DNA of 47,210 nucleotides, from the IMG/VR virus record IMGVR_UViG_3300032259_000007, positions 1-47,210 of that record; one strand, 5' to 3'. The notes beneath the pieces were generated by a model that was not told the origin of the DNA, searched no databases, and was given only the letters and a program-made list of their open reading frames with translations. Positions 7,657 through 16,024 of this stretch are shown one piece after another. Position 1 is the stretch's first letter. Every line of letters begins with the position of its first letter. The position numbers and the translations under genes were made by a program. Origin of the DNA: a virus (taxonomy: Duplodnaviria; Caudoviricetes).

Positions 7657-9039
7657 ATGGCACTTAATATTTTAGACACATGGGCTAAAGCACCAGCCCC
7701 CCTCATTCACTCTAATAAGATCAGCGACGGCGCGTTCCGGCTTTTTACCCATATACATTGGCGGGCAGGGGAGTCGGGCGGGTTAACGGGTTGGTTTACT
7801 GAAGCCCTTAAAACAACGGCTGAAACATTAGGCGTGGCGTTAAACACAGTCCGCAACCGCATAAACGAATTAGAGAATAACAACTGGGTCGTAGTAGTTA
7901 CACGCGCCAATAAAACGGGTCGCGGTAACTTGTCACATAAAATCAGACCATTCACAAAACAATCTAATTGTGAAGCATTCCGCATAAATTACACCCCATT
8001 AGAAGGGGAAGCCGTCCGCGCTAAAACCCGCATTGTTACAAAGATTTGCACCCCCTCAAATAAATTACCCCCTTCAACCAATTGCACCCCCCCCCTTCAA
8101 TCAGTTGAGGCCCCCCCCCTTCAACCCATTGCACCCAAACTAGACTCCCTTAAACCAGACTCCTTAAACCAGACTCCTTTTAGCGTTACTCGCTACCCTG
8201 ATCAGGTTGTTAATTTTTCGGACGTTAAATCTCATTATGACAAATCAACTAAATCATGGGACTCTGATCAATATATTTACATCGGGCGGTATAACAGGGG
8301 CGCGGGCTTACAATCTTCAGACTGGCGTAACAAGAAAAAAATAACCGCCACCGTTGATCGGGCAGGGGTAATAGCAGATTACAAAACCAAGATTTTAAAC
8401 GACCCCGAACTAATTAGTCGCTTACCGGAATTAAAAGACAAAATATTAGTTTGTTGGTGCGCCCCTGAAGCATGTCATGGCGACGTACTTATTGAATTGT
8501 TACAAGACATGGACGAGCATGTTTCCAAGGCTAAAGCCCAAATTGAAGCGAAGGCAAAAGCAAAGATAGAAGCCGACGATTTGTTTGATGCGATATCATG
8601 GGCATGGCAAAACAACAGCGCGGGCTATATAGCCAAAATGCGCGACTTCCTAACGGGTAAATCAAAAGCAGGGGCGTGGGCGGAATTTACACTATCTGAC
8701 GAGCCTATGTCAGCGATTGAAATTATAGCCTTTGGTTTTTGGCGACGGGCTTCAGCCGATTCCAATATGCCGACCGTTCCTGAAACCGTTGAACGGGTTG
8801 TTTTGCAATTTCGGGGGATCAAGGGGTATGATCGCTATTTAGAACGCGCTGAAGAATACAAAGCGAGAATATTGAAACGTTTAGCTGATCAGGAAACACC
8901 GGAACCGGAAGCCCCAAAACTGGGCGACCAAATCGCGCCGACCGATGATACAATAGTTAAAGACACTAATACTAACGCAAGCATTGAGGAGGCTATTAAC
9001 GCACTAAATAGCCTTGACGACTTAATGAAAACAGTCTAA
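7657..9039 (+). CDS. HTH replication initiator with an embedded DUF4326-like domain
   Basis: N-terminal wHTH (ISDGAFRLF...TAETLGVALNTVRNRINELENNNW); internal iterons; precedes dnaB; YIGR...LVCWCAPEACHGDVL in the middle. Confidence 0.8.
   Translation: MALNILDTWAKAPAPLIHSNKISDGAFRLFTHIHWRAGESGGLTGWFTEALKTTAETLGVALNTVRNRINELENNNWVVVVTRANKTGRGNLSHKIRPFTKQSNCEAFRINYTPLEGEAVRAKTRIVTKICTPSNKLPPSTNCTPPLQSVEAPPLQPIAPKLDSLKPDSLNQTPFSVTRYPDQVVNFSDVKSHYDKSTKSWDSDQYIYIGRYNRGAGLQSSDWRNKKKITATVDRAGVIADYKTKILNDPELISRLPELKDKILVCWCAPEACHGDVLIELLQDMDEHVSKAKAQIEAKAKAKIEADDLFDAISWAWQNNSAGYIAKMRDFLTGKSKAGAWAEFTLSDEPMSAIEIIAFGFWRRASADSNMPTVPETVERVVLQFRGIKGYDRYLERAEEYKARILKRLADQETPEPEAPKLGDQIAPTDDTIVKDTNTNASIEEAINALNSLDDLMKTV
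8045..8180. repeat. Iteron cluster, probable replication origin inside the initiator gene
   Basis: Repeated TTGCACCC and CCCCCTTCAA units, then tandem AGACTCC(C)TTAAACC; same layout as the origin inside lambda O. Confidence 0.7.
8883..8915 (+). repeat. 33-bp intragenic repeat, copy 2
   Basis: Identical to 6979-7011, same reading phase. Confidence 0.95.
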
Positions 9040-9056
9040 CAGCCGGAGCTAAAAAA

Positions 9057-10520
9057 ATGAACAATAACATTCAACAGCAAAAATCGAAACCTGAAGCCAG
9101 TAATTTAATTACATTTCCTGACATTGAACAAAACTTCTTATTTTCACAGGAAACCGAGCAGGCGTTATTAGGCGCGGTTATTGTAAACCCATCAAAGTTT
9201 CCTTTAATTCAAGCTATTGTCCGCGATTCAAGCGTGTTTTACATGAAAAAACACACATACATCTGGGACGCGATTGTTTACGTTTACGAGAAAAGTAAAA
9301 CAATAGATATACACGCCTTAAGCCTTCGGTTGAACTCAATGCGAACATCGACCGGGGATAACGTCTTAGAATTAATTTTACCCTCATATTTGACAGATTT
9401 AATTAATGTCGCGCCTTCAGCTAAAAACGCTGAAATTTACGCCCGCCTCGTTAATATCTTATTTGTACGGCGCGGGATTGACACAATGATCTTAGACACC
9501 CACTTGTTAAATCATAAGCCTGAATTAGAACTCGATCAGGTTATAGCTTTTATGACAAGGCGTTTAGAGTGGATTAAATCAAAAATCAACGATGGCGATA
9601 TGCGGTATTCTTCAGCCGAATTTGCCGAAAGAATAGGGGAAGAATTAGTAAACGGGGAAGAAGGGGAAGCTGACCGAGGGCAAACCGGAGCCACCACAGG
9701 CTTCAGGGACTTAACTAAATTGATCGGTCGCTATTTCCCTGAAGAAGTGACTTATATTTGTGCCCCGCCAAAGTTCGGGAAAACCACATTTGTTCTAGCC
9801 TCTATATTTCATCAATTGATGGAGGGGGAGCAGGTTTTGTATGTGCCCCTTGAAATGACTAAAAAACAAATTACGACCCACTATGTTTCGATGTTAACAG
9901 GTATTTCATTGGTTGATATTAAAACAAGAAATATAAACCCTGATCAGGTTAAAGAAATACTTGAAGCAACTGCCAAGATTGCAAAATGGAAACTCATTAT
10001 AAATGATGACAATACCGAATTAACCCCGACTCAAGCTGAAGCCGTGGTTATTCAGGCTAAGGCTAAATATGGAAAATTAGATTCGGTGTGGGTCGACGGA
10101 CTTTGGTTAATGGAACCTGATAAACACTTCAATGATAGACGGGACGCTATTCGGTCTATGGTTGCGAAATTGGCAAAAATCGCAAAAGATCAAAAAATAC
10201 CGCTTCAGGTTGTCCACCAATTTAACCGGAATGCAGAAATGAGGGCTGAAAAGCGCGGGGGGTTGGCAAAAGCCCGCCCGATGTTAACTGATATTTCCGA
10301 GTCTTCAGCCGTTGAAAAATACGCCAATGTAATTATTGGGTTATTCAGGGAGTCCCGCTTCAGCAAGGACGAGTGGGCTTCTGACGACGTTGAAGTTCAT
10401 ATCATAGCCAACCGCCAAGGCGAGTCACGTGTCCGTTGTACTCTGAAGTATGACAAAAAACATAATAACTATGTTGATATGCCGAATGTATCTATAGAAA
10501 GAGGAGGTAATTATGACTGA
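9057..10520 (+). CDS. dnaB: DnaB-like replicative helicase
   Basis: EQALLGAV N-domain, TGFRDL, Walker A APPKFGKT, LEM, VDGL, HQFNR, RPMLTDISESSAVEKYAN, ANRQG. Confidence 0.95.
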   Translation: MNNNIQQQKSKPEASNLITFPDIEQNFLFSQETEQALLGAVIVNPSKFPLIQAIVRDSSVFYMKKHTYIWDAIVYVYEKSKTIDIHALSLRLNSMRTSTGDNVLELILPSYLTDLINVAPSAKNAEIYARLVNILFVRRGIDTMILDTHLLNHKPELELDQVIAFMTRRLEWIKSKINDGDMRYSSAEFAERIGEELVNGEEGEADRGQTGATTGFRDLTKLIGRYFPEEVTYICAPPKFGKTTFVLASIFHQLMEGEQVLYVPLEMTKKQITTHYVSMLTGISLVDIKTRNINPDQVKEILEATAKIAKWKLIINDDNTELTPTQAEAVVIQAKAKYGKLDSVWVDGLWLMEPDKHFNDRRDAIRSMVAKLAKIAKDQKIPLQVVHQFNRNAEMRAEKRGGLAKARPMLTDISESSAVEKYANVIIGLFRESRFSKDEWASDDVEVHIIANRQGESRVRCTLKYDKKHNNYVDMPNVSIERGGNYD

Positions 10521-10813
10521 TAATTTTATTTTAGTAACTGTTCAGATGCGAAGCGGGGTCGATCAGCCCCTTCTTCAAGCGGGCGATTTATATACAACTG
10601 GGGGGCTTGTTAATCTGGTTAGCTATGAAAAAGGATGAACCTGTAGCGGTTAATATTGTTATGAAAATCACTACAGTCGGATGGAAGGCATGGTGGGGAA
10701 CCTATAAGCAAACTTTACCGGAAATTTTAGCGCATGGGACAAAAATTAAAAGCGAAGAAATAGCCCGCTTCTATTTCCCATTTATACCGACTGATTTAGA
10801 GTACAACAGATAA
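10513..10813 (+). pseudogene. Small gene apparently split by a frameshift at a G6 run (or two short ORFs)
   Basis: ATG 10513 with GAGGAGG overlaps the dnaB stop and ends at 10638; removing one G at 10600-10605 joins it to the 10607-10813 frame. Confidence 0.5.
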
Positions 10814-10830
10814 GACCGAAAGAGGCAGAA

Positions 10831-11451
10831 ATGAAAAGACGAAAAACAGCAAAAGCGAAATCGCCACTAATGCGAAAGAAAGAGATCGCCGACGTAGTTA
10901 CTTGGGCGCGATCAATGCTAACTTTACCCCCCGAAGATGTTATTATCTGGGATTGTGAGACAACCGACTTTACTGGTTTCATGGTGCAATTGGCGGGCGT
11001 TAATGGCGCGGGGGATGTGCTAGGCTCTATGCTGATCAACCCTGAAGTGCCTATTGAAGCCAAGGCGATGGCGGTTCATGGCATAACCGAAGACAAGGTT
11101 AAAAACGCCGTCCGCTTCAAGGACGCTTATGAAGGTATTTATGAGAAATTTAACGGTAAGCACTGGATTATATATAATAGCGAATTTGACACTGGTCGCT
11201 TACACGCTGAATGCAAGCGGTTAGGGCTTCCGGCTCCTAAACCTAAAAGCAATAATTGTGCAATGATACAATATGCAATTTTTAACGGCGACTGGAACGC
11301 TTACCACGGTAATTACAAATGGCAAAAATTAGCGGTCGCTTGCTCTAAATTGAAAATTAAGATTGAACACCTGAAGGCACACGACGCATTAAGTGACGTA
11401 TACATGACGTTGGAGGTCGTTAAGGCGTTAGCTAAACAGAAAATAACATGA
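10831..11451 (+). CDS. DEDDh 3'-5' exonuclease (DnaQ-like)
   Basis: IWDCETT, VHGIT, YNSEFD, AHDALSD. Confidence 0.93.
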   Translation: MKRRKTAKAKSPLMRKKEIADVVTWARSMLTLPPEDVIIWDCETTDFTGFMVQLAGVNGAGDVLGSMLINPEVPIEAKAMAVHGITEDKVKNAVRFKDAYEGIYEKFNGKHWIIYNSEFDTGRLHAECKRLGLPAPKPKSNNCAMIQYAIFNGDWNAYHGNYKWQKLAVACSKLKIKIEHLKAHDALSDVYMTLEVVKALAKQKIT

Positions 11452-11468
11452 TAGCCACTAATCTGATT

Positions 11469-11500
11469 AAAAAAGCCCGTCCCCATCGGGCTTTTTTGTT
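11469..11500 (+). terminator. Intrinsic, probably bidirectional, terminator
   Basis: AAAAAAGCCCG-tccccat-CGGGCTTTTTT. Confidence 0.9.
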
Positions 11501-11523
11501 GCCTACCCCCTAGAAAGCGGGGG

Positions 11524-11569
11524 TTGATAAGTGGGGTCACTTGCTGTATACTAGGTATATAGTCAGATA
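11524..11569 (+). promoter_or_regulatory. Shared-family promoter A with operator and conserved leader
   Basis: TTGATA-17-TATACT; AAGTGGGGTCACTT at 11529-11542; TAGTCAGATA at 11560-11569. Confidence 0.85.
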
Positions 11570-11588
11570 GAAACAAGGGATTAACAAA

Positions 11589-11816
11589 ATGTCTAAAAAT
11601 TACGCAAAACACCTAATTAATAACGTCGTTAAATCTATGGACGCGGGCGCGGATGCACACTCAAAAATACGACGTGAACGTGAATGCTACGCTTCAGAAG
11701 ATAGCCTTCTTGAAGAATTAGATTTTGAAAACGACGCTCGGATGTATTCAATTAAAACCCGTTTAGAATTTGCGGACGTAATTGAAGCCCTGATCAAAGG
11801 TTCAGGCAATGACTAG
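11589..11816 (+). CDS. Hypothetical protein (putative early gene)
   Basis: AAGGGA RBS; first gene after promoter A. Confidence 0.8.
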   Translation: MSKNYAKHLINNVVKSMDAGADAHSKIRRERECYASEDSLLEELDFENDARMYSIKTRLEFADVIEALIKGSGND

Positions 11817-12060
11817 TTATAATTTCGTTGAATGCCTGAATAACGCGAGGGCAATTGAAAGATTAGCTTATAATCGTCAATTAGCATCAATGATGGCGGT
11901 TACATTGAATGAGGCTTCAATTGTTGCGGACGCTTGGTATCAATGCGCCTCCAAGGTCAAAAACGGCGGTTACGTTAGTTATAGGGATTTTAGAGATATT
12001 AAAGCCGATTTAATATTTCAGGAACCGCGCCGGACTCGGATTGATCAACTTTTAGGGTAA
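11809..12060 (+). CDS. Hypothetical protein
   Basis: Start overlaps the upstream stop. Confidence 0.75.
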   Translation: MTSYNFVECLNNARAIERLAYNRQLASMMAVTLNEASIVADAWYQCASKVKNGGYVSYRDFRDIKADLIFQEPRRTRIDQLLG

Positions 12061-12114
12061 AGCGGTATTTCTGCCGATTAACTTCTATAATCAAACTAAA
12101 AAGGAAAATCAAAA

Positions 12115-12348
12115 ATGTCAACAAAATACGAAAACGCGATAGAAGAATTCAACAAAATAGAATCGGCGACTGAAGGATTGAGCGGTTCAAGTTACAAATC
12201 GTCTAACGGATATGAATTCATCATCTGGATTGACAACGGGGATGAATATCCAGCTGTAGAATCTGATCTAATAGAGTGGTCTATTGACAAAGACGATGAC
12301 ACCTACGCGGACATGTACATATTTCGCATGACACTTAAGTACGAGTAA
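12115..12348 (+). CDS. Small acidic hypothetical protein
   Basis: AAGGA RBS; D/E-rich. Confidence 0.8.
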   Translation: MSTKYENAIEEFNKIESATEGLSGSSYKSSNGYEFIIWIDNGDEYPAVESDLIEWSIDKDDDTYADMYIFRMTLKYE

Positions 12349-12349
12349 A

Positions 12350-12438
12350 GGGGAAGGGGGCTAATTTGGATTAAGATTAGCCCCCTTGTAAGGATAACGC
12401 CTTCAAGCCAATAAGGAAAGTTATAGCAAAAAAAGGCT
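12350..12438 (-). ncRNA. Candidate small RNA with anti-SD segments
   Basis: Minus TGgTATAAT (-10 at 12450-12445) lies in a 19-bp inverted copy of the promoter B core; the unit ends in a GGGGGCTAAT/ATTAGCCCCC hairpin; no ORF. Confidence 0.45.
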
Positions 12439-12485
12439 ATAAATATTATACCACAACACCCCCGCTATTTAGGGGGTGTTTTATA

Positions 12486-12531
12486 TATACAAGTGGGGTC
12501 ACTTGTGGTATAATATTTATATAGTCAGATA
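12486..12531 (+). promoter_or_regulatory. Shared-family promoter B
   Basis: AAGTGGGGTCACTT at 12491-12504; TGgTATAAT at 12506-12514; TAGTCAGATA at 12522-12531. Confidence 0.85.
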
Positions 12532-12547
12532 CAAGGAGTTACACATT

Positions 12548-13018
12548 ATGAATAACTTATCAGTTGAAAATATTATCGCCCGAAGCCACGACGGGATTTG
12601 TGTAGTAAATCTTCATGACGCGATTGTTTTATACCGTGAAGAAACACGCGGGTTGATCAGCGTTTATCGCCCAATTCACCAAGAATACCAAGCGCGGGAC
12701 GGACAATGGTTTGAACTCAATAGCCACTGGCAATACTCATTTAATAACGCCAGTGTCATTGAAAATCAGATTTCAGAAGCGTATTATGATTTAGTACGCT
12801 TCGGGGAAGAAATCGTTTTATACACTTCAGGGCTTCCGGTTGATGTTAAATACCCTAACAGTGTTGAATTTCAAAGGGGCTTAGAAGTATATGTAACTGA
12901 TCTATTTTATGAAAATGGCGAACTATTTGTTCGGGGCGACGTGATTATGCAAACTGAAGATGGTTTAAAATCAACAGACTGGACATTCAATTTAACCGGA
13001 CTGAGTTTAACCGCCTAA
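12548..13018 (+). CDS. Hypothetical protein (likely paralog of the next gene)
   Basis: Start reassigned to ATG 12548 (AAGGAG RBS, MNNLSV...). Confidence 0.8.
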   Translation: MNNLSVENIIARSHDGICVVNLHDAIVLYREETRGLISVYRPIHQEYQARDGQWFELNSHWQYSFNNASVIENQISEAYYDLVRFGEEIVLYTSGLPVDVKYPNSVEFQRGLEVYVTDLFYENGELFVRGDVIMQTEDGLKSTDWTFNLTGLSLTA

Positions 13019-13028
13019 CAATAGGGGG

Positions 13029-13076
13029 TTGCGGAAGTGACCCCACTTAAAGTATAATTTATTACATAGTCAGATA
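13029..13076 (+). promoter_or_regulatory. Shared-family promoter C
   Basis: TTGCGG-18-TATAAT; operator in inverted orientation AAGTGACCCCACTT at 13035-13048; TAGTCAGATA at 13067-13076. Confidence 0.85.
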
Positions 13077-13091
13077 AGAGGAATAAACAAA

Positions 13092-13631
13092 ATGAACAAT
13101 TTAACAGTTAACCAAGTGTTAATCGAACGCCTGCGACCAAACGAAGAAGACGTTGTTGTTTTTGGAAGTATTGATTTTTTCGATACCGCCCGCCAGCAAA
13201 CCCTAATCGTCAACGTAGCAAATAAACCTCGGCTTTACACCGCTTGTAATGAGGGTTTGATCAGAGTAGCGCGGGCTGAAAACCAAGAAATGGTTAGTCC
13301 TGAAAATGATTTACTTTCAACTTATTACAGTTGTTTTGGTTTAAGCGATCTTAGCTTTGATAATTATCATGAGGTTGCCGAATTTGTCAAAAAGCAATAT
13401 GTTGAATCGACTATTGAAGACCCGTTATTCTTGTATTCCAACCCCAAATCGGAACTTTCAATTTCAAAAAATTCCATATCTGTTTTAGTTACCGGAATAA
13501 AAGAAGTTGACGGCGCGATTTATATTGAGGGTAAATACACAATCGGAAGACGAACCGAAACGGGGACAATAACTGCCCTGAAGGGGACGGGTTTATTTTC
13601 TCTTTATGATTTACTAAGAAACCCCGCCTAA
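13092..13631 (+). CDS. Hypothetical protein
   Basis: GAGGA RBS; begins MNNLTV. Confidence 0.8.
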   Translation: MNNLTVNQVLIERLRPNEEDVVVFGSIDFFDTARQQTLIVNVANKPRLYTACNEGLIRVARAENQEMVSPENDLLSTYYSCFGLSDLSFDNYHEVAEFVKKQYVESTIEDPLFLYSNPKSELSISKNSISVLVTGIKEVDGAIYIEGKYTIGRRTETGTITALKGTGLFSLYDLLRNPA

Positions 13632-13698
13632 ATCTTCAATAACACCGAGCCGGAATTCAGGCTCGTTAAATTATTCAATTAACGAAAGAGATTATGTA

Positions 13699-13998
13699 AT
13701 GCCTGTGCATATGTTAAAAAAGACTGACGAAAACGGGAACACTGTTTTAGAAGAAATGGAAGCTCCCGAAGGGGGCAAATCGCGCCCTAAAGTTACAATG
13801 ACGCTTGCCCAGCAAGAAGCGGTAACTGAGTGGGGCACAAGCCAAGACCCGCCCACGTCCGGTTTTGCTGATGCGATTCGGCGTTTATGTTCACTTCACA
13901 TTGAAGACTTTGAAAACGAAATTAAGTGGGGGGGGGCGCGTAAACCTGATCGGCGCCGTCGCCCTAAAAAAGAAGAACCTATCGAAGAATCTAAATAA
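13699..13998 (+). CDS. Small putative DNA-binding protein (possible ribbon-helix-helix)
   Basis: PKVTMT-helix-...FADAIRRL pattern and basic tail; family call is weak. Confidence 0.5.
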   Translation: MPVHMLKKTDENGNTVLEEMEAPEGGKSRPKVTMTLAQQEAVTEWGTSQDPPTSGFADAIRRLCSLHIEDFENEIKWGGARKPDRRRRPKKEEPIEESK

Positions 13999-14016
13999 GC
14001 CCTGATCAGGGGCTTA
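13996..14016. terminator. Hairpin joining two convergent stop codons
   Basis: TAAGCCC-tgatcag-GGGCTTA. Confidence 0.6.
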
Positions 14017-14973
14017 ATAATTGATTTTAAAATCCCTTAATGACGCTGACAAATCACCTATGTAACTTTTAAGCGTTGTTTGGGGATTTTTGTGCCCCAT
14101 GTTTTGCATAATTGACTCCACTGAAACCCCACTTTCATAAGCCGTCCGTGCATAAGTCGCCCGTATATCATGAGGCTTTACGACATACTTAACCCCATGA
14201 TGGACTACAGGGTACCGACTTAGAATATATTCAATGCTACGCTTGTTTAAGCCCGTCTTCTTCACTTTCGAGTCCTTAGTAACCCCCCTGAAGACCGCGC
14301 CCCCTTCTATTCCTGACAAATCAAGCCAGTTTAATAGTTCCGGCATAAAGTAGTCGCGCATTGCCCCCACTGGTATCTTGCGCGACTTATTTCCTTTACC
14401 CTTCACAATATGAATAGCGGGTAAATCACCATAGCGACTTCTTAAGTCCCGTTCTTTTAAATTGGCGCATTCCGCCTCCCGAATTCCGGTACTTAACAGC
14501 AACTTGATTAAGGCTAAATCTCTAATCCCCTTTAGCGTTGTTTCGTCAGGTTGGCTTAATAATTCGGCAATTTGATCGCTGTTTAAGTGGACGCGGGTTT
14601 CTTTATCCTGATCAAATGTAACGGGGAAATTTACCGCCTTATTATGCAAAACATTATCAAGCTGAATTAGCCATTCATTAACCGCTTCAATTCCGTAATC
14701 TACTGTTAATTGACGGCGTAGCGCGTTGTTACGCATAAGTCGCCTGTACTCGACCCTGATTGTACTCAAGTGAGCATTTAGGCTAACATTTGCCATGCGC
14801 TTCTGTAAATGCTCCCCGTATTCCTGAAGATTAGGCACGAGCCAATATTCAGAGGGTTTGTTTTCCAACCAGTCTATATAGGGCTTTATCCTGTATAGCG
14901 TGTTTTCATTCGCCTGATCAGGCAAAAGCAAGCTGGGGGAGGGCGGTTCAACAATCATTAATTTATTTGACAT
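14014..14973 (-). CDS. Tyrosine recombinase (XerC/D-like resolvase or integrase)
   Basis: RDLALI..LLSTGIREAE, KGKGNK, HDIR, MGH and C-terminal Y: full R-K-H-R-H-Y set; no arm-binding domain evident. Confidence 0.93.
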   Translation of the reverse strand: MSNKLMIVEPPSPSLLLPDQANENTLYRIKPYIDWLENKPSEYWLVPNLQEYGEHLQKRMANVSLNAHLSTIRVEYRRLMRNNALRRQLTVDYGIEAVNEWLIQLDNVLHNKAVNFPVTFDQDKETRVHLNSDQIAELLSQPDETTLKGIRDLALIKLLLSTGIREAECANLKERDLRSRYGDLPAIHIVKGKGNKSRKIPVGAMRDYFMPELLNWLDLSGIEGGAVFRGVTKDSKVKKTGLNKRSIEYILSRYPVVHHGVKYVVKPHDIRATYARTAYESGVSVESIMQNMGHKNPQTTLKSYIGDLSASLRDFKINY

Positions 14974-15048
14974 TTAAAGTTTCCCTCATTTCAGGGGTAC
15001 AAATACGGCTCCCCGCGATTACCAGCGTCTTCTTTTTCATTTCAGCCC

Positions 15049-15336
15049 TTAAAATAGTTTTAGTTGTGTGTATTCAGGCTCCAAAGGAATACCAACCAGT
15101 GAAACGAGAGGCTGATCATCCCCTGAAAAATAACTATGAAAATAATATTTACCATTGGCGATTTCTTCTTCAAAACCCGTCAACGCGACCGCGATTTTAT
15201 CTTCAGACGAAATCGCACAATACCACTCGCGGTTAAATAGCGACGGAGGTATAAGCGGGAACGTTGTATCTAAAAGGAAATCAAAAGCAATTTCTTCTGG
15301 GATAGCCTCGTAAGGTTCGTTTACCTGTTTACGCAT
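15049..15336 (-). CDS. Hypothetical protein
   Basis: GAGG RBS; part of the leftward small-gene string. Confidence 0.7.
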   Translation of the reverse strand: MRKQVNEPYEAIPEEIAFDFLLDTTFPLIPPSLFNREWYCAISSEDKIAVALTGFEEEIANGKYYFHSYFSGDDQPLVSLVGIPLEPEYTQLKLF

Positions 15337-15536
15337 GGTTTACCTCGTTCATTAATTCGATTTCCCTTGTCCCCTTGCCAACGCACCGTGGGGCATACCC
15401 ACCCATGCTTTACGGTATTTGACCAGCCGAAATCCCGTAATATAAAAGCCATGTGTTTTCGGGTTGTAGGTTCGTGGTGGACTTGGTTGCATTTACCGCA
15501 AACCGCCTCCTGAAACGTTGTTATTTTTCCGGGCAT
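15321..15536 (-). CDS. Small Cys/His (possible Zn-binding) protein
   Basis: CxxC...GW...GWVCP; AAGG RBS. Confidence 0.7.
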   Translation of the reverse strand: MPGKITTFQEAVCGKCNQVHHEPTTRKHMAFILRDFGWSNTVKHGWVCPTVRWQGDKGNRINERGKPCVNR

Positions 15537-15605
15537 GTTATTTAACCTTTTTGATAATATTTATTTCTCGTTTCGTATAATGTACCGTATACGAGGTATT
15601 AGGAT

Positions 15606-15812
15606 TTATTGGTCGATTCTCATAGCTAATAATGCTTGATATATTTTACGGTTGCCGTCACTATCGGCTAGTCCAGCAACTTTTACACTTGCGCCAAAAT
15701 TACCGCCGTCTGGTAAAAAACCATGTGGGGATTCGCCATCTTTTATTGGCACAATAACCAACGGGGACTGTGCTACGATTTTAATCCTAGCCTCTGCCTT
15801 AACATCCATCAC
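15606..15812 (-). CDS. Hypothetical protein
   Basis: Overlaps the upstream stop; GAGGG RBS. Confidence 0.65.
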   Translation of the reverse strand: MMDVKAEARIKIVAQSPLVIVPIKDGESPHGFLPDGGNFGASVKVAGLADSDGNRKIYQALLAMRIDQ

Positions 15813-15997
15813 TCACCCTCGCTTTCGCTTGACAACTTTTCAGTTAGTGCTTTCAACTTCTTATAATTGTCCTGTTCATCACTAGTCATCATGTCACCTG
15901 CGCTAAATAGCAATTCATCAACAATGTTGCACACGTCTAGGCATTCGGTTATTAGACGATGAAATTCAATGAAGTCATTTACATCATTATCCATCAC
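15809..15997 (-). CDS. Small acidic hypothetical protein
   Basis: GAGGG RBS; operon context. Confidence 0.65.
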   Translation of the reverse strand: MMDNDVNDFIEFHRLITECLDVCNIVDELLFSAGDMMTSDEQDNYKKLKALTEKLSSESEGE

Positions 15998-16024
15998 GCG
16001 CCCTCGCTTTCTTTTATGTTTGAA

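Noticed and set aside
6979-8915. Repeat pair as DGR template/variable repeats
   Set aside because: No reverse transcriptase, too short, and no adenine-specific differences.
10549-10590. SGVDQP similarity between the 10513 ORF and the 2897-3769 protein
   Set aside because: Very short and centred on the enriched GATCA word; probably coincidental.
11490-13076. Repeated motif as a CRISPR or mini-array
   Set aside because: Copies are separated by whole genes, contain -35/-10 boxes, and no cas genes are present.
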